Part shown: positions 56,010-64,000 of the stretch, in pieces | Numbering within the stretch: the first letter of the stretch is position 1 | Layout of the letters: the number at the start of each line of letters is the position of its first letter | DNA from: Eledone cirrhosa | Lineage: Eukaryota | Length of the DNA: 64,000 nucleotides | Reading direction: 5' to 3' | NCBI GenBank assembly: GCA_964016885.1 | Contig: OZ024748.1 | Span: 6,138,001 to 6,202,000 of the forward strand | The notes under the pieces: generated by a model | Seen by the model: the letters and a program-made list of their open reading frames with translations, nothing else | Database searches by the model: none | What the model was told of the DNA's origin: nothing | Translations under genes and position numbers: made by a program

Positions 56010-56595
56010 GGAGAGAAATCAATAGTAAAAACAAAGATCATATTGAATAATGCATTTAGTGAATACTGGATACATCGAGTGTTGTGAAATAAATAATATT
56101 ACAACTGTTCTAGAATGTAGTTTTTCATAAAACGGTTTAGAAATACGTATATCTATATCTATATCTATATATCTATAAATATATAAATAACTACATACAT
56201 ATATATATATATGAAAAAATGGGGAGAAGAATACTGCAGGCTGCACATGGATAACATGTTATAAAATGAGTCCTTCATCAGTGATTTGCCAACGATCATA
56301 GATATTTCATTGCATTACAATGATATTAAATAAATGGAAACTATATTTATAAAACCATATTTATTCTATTATATATATTTCAAGGGTACCAAGACACATC
56401 AGATAAAATACAAAGTTTGTTTTATAAATAGAGACATACCCATGAAAATCATACCTTATCGGTTGGAAATTCATTGGATATTAAATAGTTTATTTAATAT
56501 CATTGAATATTTACTCCAGTAAACTGTTGAGTGCTCTAAATCAGTTATAAACATTTATATTTGTCGGACTTCCAACAAAATAAATACCCCTTCTA

Positions 56596-56666
<71 letters not shown>

Positions 56667-56892
56667 TATTTAAATATTACGTATGATCTTAGGTATATAT
56701 GTCTGTCTGTACGTATGTATTTATATGCATTGAATAAAAAAAACAACCGGGAAAAGAGTATACTTACTTCCATGTGATACTAATATTATAATTATATTAT
56801 AATATTAGTATTTTAATTATGTTTATATATTGTAAATATATATAGTAAATAAGAGAGACGGTTTTATTTGATCAACCAACTTTCATCAACTA

Positions 56893-56944
<52 letters not shown>

Positions 56945-57069
56945 CTATCTATGTAAATATATATTTATTTATGGTCAATATATATATATATATATATGTA
57001 TATTTAATATATACGCATATTTCTTGACCATATGTACTTTTGCACACATGCATATATACATATATATAT

Positions 57070-57189
<120 letters not shown>

Positions 57190-57504
57190 GCGAATATATG
57201 GAATTGTTGTTGTCGCTGTTTAGCTTCAACTCACCTCTGATATCGATGAGATAAATGATCAAACAATTTCGCTCCAATCTATGATCACAGAAGTTCTACC
57301 TTGTGATCAGAGGAAATATACATATATAGTGTATGTAGGAGTACATTATTGAATCTCTTCTTAATGTTATCTTGTTTTTAAATATATTTATGTTAAGAAT
57401 ATGATCTGAGAAAGATTTCCATGAATATTTCTCGTACATCTGACATATATACACTACTTTTTTGTATACCTGTATATATATTTACATGTATATATATATA
57501 TATA

Positions 57505-57768
57505 TAGGAGAAAGTATGACCTCGACGGCAGAGCTCAAGACCTACCGACGGCTATTTCTGGACTAGCCGTCGAAACAATTTGTTTTTATAGATCTAGTAA
57601 GTTCTTTGTTAACTTCGGTGGCGAGATTTTTAAAAGATTCCTGGTTAACCTTCCTTGAGCTCTGCCGTCGGCGTCATACTTTCTCCTATTATCCACTCTA
57701 CTACCCTAAGTATTGAGTACTCTGGTGCGTTATGGTCCCCCTGGTTCCTTACCACAACTCCTCCGTCA
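57505..57768. mobile_element. Fold-back family C copy with an internal insert related (inverted) to 54396-54478
   Basis: Family C arms flank TTTATAGATCTAGTAAGTTCTTTGTTAACTTCGGTGG..CCTTGAG. Confidence 0.7.
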
Positions 57769-58023
57769 TATATATAGGAAAAGAGTCAGGACCCCGACAG
57801 CTAGATAAATGGACATAAATTTAGATTGACAGATATATATATATATATGTATATATATGTATGTTAATTATGTCTCATATATAATAATACAACTGGCTAT
57901 CCGCAAAATACGTAGAGTTAGCACCCCAAACGTATACTTGGGATTTTACTAAGGTATATCCTAATGTTTGTTGAGTGAGACGGAAGCCAGTCGGAGTATT
58001 GCTTAAAGCTTTCTCTGTTAATC

Positions 58024-58075
<52 letters not shown>

Positions 58076-58154
58076 AACTAGCTCTTGAAACGGCAAGTGT
58101 TCAGCCATCGGTACCTGACTCATTCATATAACCATACTCTGTAACCTCTAGAAT

Positions 58155-58275
58155 CGAGTACTCTGGGGCGTAGTGTTGTAACCAGGACTTACAGAATCCC
58201 TGATGATATATATATATATCCCCGTCGAAACGGTTTGAGCTCTGCCGACGGGGTCATACATTTTCCTATTATCCG

Positions 58276-58278
<3 letters not shown>
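58155..58278 (+). mobile_element. Family C-related copy retaining CTGATGA (58200-58206) upstream of GAAAC/helix III
   Basis: GAATCC-CTGATGA-(TA)n..CGTC-GAAAC-GGT..GCC-GAC-GGGGTC. Confidence 0.6.
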
Positions 58279-58330
<52 letters not shown>

Positions 58331-58429
58331 AATACAAATACACATATATATATAGTATATATATATAAACGTATATACATATATGAATATATAATATATA
58401 TACAAATATATATACATATATATATATAT

Positions 58430-58531
<102 letters not shown>

Positions 58532-58571
58532 ATACTTTGGGGGGGTCATGTTGCCAACAAATTCAGAAACG

Positions 58572-58606
<35 letters not shown>

Positions 58607-59196
58607 CATGATGCATACATACAAACATGCATACATACATACATACATACATACATACATACATACATACATACATACATACATACATACATACATACAT
58701 ACAGAATAAGAGTGAGGGCGTGAGGTTGTTACATAGATATCAAGACCAACGCAGACGTAAATATTTTGCTTACAAAGCAATTTACACCTAATAATTATAA
58801 ACATATTTTATGCACATTTAACACTCTGATGATGAGGTAATTAGTACAATAGTAATTATGTATTAATTAATGATTATTTAATGTTCAAATATACATTAAC
58901 TTCTTATAGATTCTCTCTACCTTTTAACATTATTTCCAATAATTTTTTGGCCAATTATCCTGATGACTATTGATTTTCTAATTTATTTGTTGTTATTGTT
59001 ATTAATATTGTTTATATTATTGTTACTATTATTATTATTTTTGTTGTTTGATTTTTTTTTATTTCTATCTTGTTATAACCTTTTTACACAGCCCAAACCC
59101 ACTTTGTATCGTCCTGTACCGTTCTGTGCCGTCTGTAATATTTTTCTTCGTGTTAGCCCTTGTGGCCAATAAAGAAACCATTATTATTATTATTAA

Positions 59197-59595
59197 GGGT
59201 GGTGGATTGGCAGTATCGGTAGAGGGTTGGACACCATGCTTTGACGCATAGAGTTATGGCCCTTGCCATTCTGAGTTCAAACCCCGCCGTGGATAACTTT
59301 GCCTTTCATCCTTACGGGGTCGATAAAATAAAATACCAGTAATGCGATTTTCCCTCCCCCCACCAATAAAATTACTGGCTTTTGCCTAATGTATAAATTA
59401 TTTTTATTAGGTTGATTGCCAGTATCGATAGAGCGTCAGAAACCATGCTTTGCAGCATAGAGTTATGGCCATTTAAGTCCTGATTTCAACTCCCGTAGAG
59501 TTTAGCTTAGCCTCTCATCCTTACGGGATTGATAAACTAAAGTACCAGTAATGCACTGGGATAATTGCTGGCCTTGTGCCAAACGTAGAAACCAT
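59197..59595 (+). mobile_element. Two tandem tRNA-derived SINEs (about 59197-59395 and 59409-59595), with further decayed pieces to about 59990
   Basis: A/B boxes and central domain as in the other copies. Confidence 0.8.
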
Positions 59596-60897
59596 TTATG
59601 TCTATAGAAACGCAGTTGCTTTGGCAGTTTCATTAGAGCGACATTAAATTAGGGTTCTTTACAGGATAAGTTCAAATCCAGTTGCGGCCACCTTCGGCCT
59701 TCCTCCTTTCGAGGTCAGTAAAGTACCAGTCGAGTAATGGCGTCAATATAATTAACTTCCCACTCTGCCTACATTGCCCTTATTTGGTCAATAAACAATT
59801 GGTAAACACGTTTTATTTTTAAAAATCAAAATATTTTGAAGGAGATCAGATTCAGTAGGAATGCGGATAAAACGGTCATGTGTTCTGTTCTCTGAGATCA
59901 AACACAACCGAAGTCAATTTTGATATCAATCTTTCCATGGAATCGATAAATAAAGTACCACGCAAGTACTGTTGTCTGTCTTATCGAATTAAACTTCCAC
60001 ACCCATAAATTTCTGCCCTCAGGCTAATGTTAAGAACCGTTATATATCTAACAATTCTAGAGTAAATTAATTATTGATGTTGTTTGTGTGTTTGTGATAT
60101 AGAGTGTGTGTGTGTGCGTGGCATTGAAAGTGTGTGAGATTATGTGTCTGTGTGTGGATGTGTCTGGCTTGATTCATTTCTGTCTTTCTTTTACACTCTA
60201 ATTTCCCTCTCATGCTCTCTTTCTCGCTCTCGTCTCTCACTCTTTCTTTCTCTTTCGGAATTGCGCCGTGAGAAGAGACACTGCAGACCACAGAAACGGC
60301 AAAAAAACATGACACACAAACACACACATGCACTCACACAAATATACAAACACACATACACAAACAAGGCACTGAGAAATATTGATTCTAAGTATACACA
60401 CACAACGCATATTCTCTTTTCAGGCTAATTGTATGGAGTTGCATAATTGCAATCGATGGGACTGCACATCAACACATTTGCACTCTGAAACGATGGTAAA
60501 ACAACTTCCCCTAGACATATAAACATATTATTTCATTGTATAACATTATATAAATAAATCTGGATTTTTTAATACACTACGCCGTATATGGTAATGTTAT
60601 ATTTACACAAAAATAGATTTCACTTTGCTACGGTGAAAATGACTAATGTGGTTATAAAATCTACTTAGATCAGATAGAAGACTAAAGAGAATATATATAT
60701 ATATATACATTTATAAATATATATATATATATTATATAAGCTATCGACGTATTTTGACTAAAGAAATTAAAGAAATTATTTAGCCTGATAGTGGGGTTAA
60801 GAACCCTCGGAGAGATGGAAAAAGATGAGTATTGACGTTACAGTCGCTTACACTTATTATAATTTATAATCGAATATATTCTTACTTTATATATATA

Positions 60898-60951
<54 letters not shown>

Positions 60952-61104
60952 GTAATTCCGTCGGAAAAGTCCAGGAAAAAAGAGTGCTCTATGTAGGTAA
61001 CAGAGCTTAATAGTTATGTAATAAACAATTATTACATAACTATATATATATGTGAGTGTGTGTATATATATAATATACATATATATATATATATATATAC
61101 AAAT

Positions 61105-61137
<33 letters not shown>

Positions 61138-61140
61138 AAA

Positions 61141-61172
<32 letters not shown>

Positions 61173-61182
61173 AATATATGTA

Positions 61183-61222
<40 letters not shown>

Positions 61223-61266
61223 AATATGAATATATATATATATATGTATAATATATATATATATGC

Positions 61267-61391
<125 letters not shown>

Positions 61392-62020
61392 TTGGGGAGG
61401 GTCATATTTGTGTAATATTGCCAGAATTAATAACATATATATATATATATATATATATATACTTACATACATACCTACATACTTATTTACTTAAATATGT
61501 GTTGGGTGGGGTCGACTAAACGGAAATCATATATATCACGTTTAATGCACATAAATTTTCTCTCACTGTGAGAATTGAATGAAACCCCGTAGATAATGTC
61601 CGGGAGCCACGACAGTTGAAAGCAATCATCGTTCTTTTAGTTTCACCTTTCTTAAGTCACAGCATGGTTCTCAACCTTGTACCGCTATCTATGTTTATCT
61701 ACATAACTATATACTTTGTTTAGATTATTTATGAGAAGGTCTATGTATTTAAACTCAGCAGTTCTAAGCCAAGATATGCATTCGCTGATGAGATTTAAGT
61801 AAGATGAAACTAGCCAAATGTTTTTCACTGCCATCTGACGATGCTCAAGAGATTTATTCATATTGATTCATATATATTCGTATTTCGAGATTAAATATAT
61901 TTACCTATAGGAAATACCTACATTTCGTGGGAACAAAAACCGAGCTGATACTGGGCATCCGTCTCTCACTCTGTGATGTATATATATATGTGATGTATAT
62001 ATACAAATATATATATATAA

Positions 62021-62126
<106 letters not shown>

Positions 62127-62163
62127 TTATATATATATATTTGTAACGAAGGAAAGATGGACC

Positions 62164-62274
62164 ATAACGCACCAAAGTACTCAATACTTAGGTAGTAGAG
62201 TGGGTAATAGGAACAGTCCAGAATTAGCCGTCGAGACGGCTTGAGCTCTGCCGTCGGGGTCATACTTGTTCCTA
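62164..62274. mobile_element. Fold-back family C copy (deleted)
   Basis: Matches 54619-54784. Confidence 0.75.
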
Positions 62275-62284
62275 TATATATTTG

Positions 62285-62318
<34 letters not shown>

Positions 62319-62328
62319 AGTGTGTGTG

Positions 62329-62360
<32 letters not shown>

Positions 62361-62371
62361 CGTGTGTGTGT

Positions 62372-63615
<1,244 letters not shown>

Positions 63616-63696
63616 CACACAGAAAGAGAGAGAGTGGGTGTATGTATCATTTATTTTATTATTTTATTTATATATCTAAAATACGATATTATAAAT

Positions 63697-63758
63697 AATT
63701 GTTTCTACTTTAGGCACAAGGCCAGCAAATTACCCAGTGCATTACTGGTACTTTATTT

Positions 63759-63760
<2 letters not shown>
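63697..63760 (-). mobile_element. 3' fragment of the tRNA-derived SINE
   Basis: AATTGTTTCTACTTTAGGCACAAGGCCAGC..GGTACTTTATTTT. Confidence 0.75.
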
Positions 63761-63847
<87 letters not shown>

Positions 63848-64000
63848 TTTATAAATATATATTTTATAAATATATAAATATATTTTATAAATATATTATA
63901 AATAATAAACATATCTTCGTAAGAGAATCCAAACACCCAGTAGACAGTATCTTAAAGCCATAGAACATATATACTTAAACACATGAGAAAAAATATAAAA

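Noticed and set aside
56268-56312. Possible type II hammerhead on the minus strand (GAAA..TA-TGAT..ATCA-CTGATGA), related copy at 44638-44682
   Set aside because: Helices II and III do not pair convincingly, and the second copy has CTGGTGA.
61785-61825. CTGATGA..GAAAC motif
   Set aside because: No helix I complementarity around the putative cleavage site. At most a decayed relic.

Overview
AT-rich, microsatellite-saturated animal DNA, most likely an octopod cephalopod judging by the (TA)n/(CA)n density and the tRNA-derived SINE families. Almost all ORFs in the supplied track are microsatellite translations. The only host gene I can support is the first coding exon of a central Hox gene, Antennapedia-like (minus strand, 12066-11474; MSTYLPNSY start, YPRFPPYNR motif, YPWMRSQY hexapeptide, GT donor). 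Its homeobox exon is not in the window, and as assembled the exon is broken across three reading frames. The most striking structure is a near-identical 310-bp tandem array (30478-33210). Every unit carries a type I hammerhead ribozyme, so it looks like a non-LTR retrozyme. It is arranged head-to-head, with the inversion point within 4 nt of the predicted self-cleavage site. At least five further families of (TA)n-embedded fold-back elements carry hammerhead or hammerhead-like cores of the Penelope-like (PLE) type. The rest is SINEs, fragments of restriction-like-endonuclease (RLE) non-LTR retrotransposons, an RTE-related element, simple repeats and a few candidate cis-regulatory islands. All ribozyme folds were done by eye, and no database searches were run.
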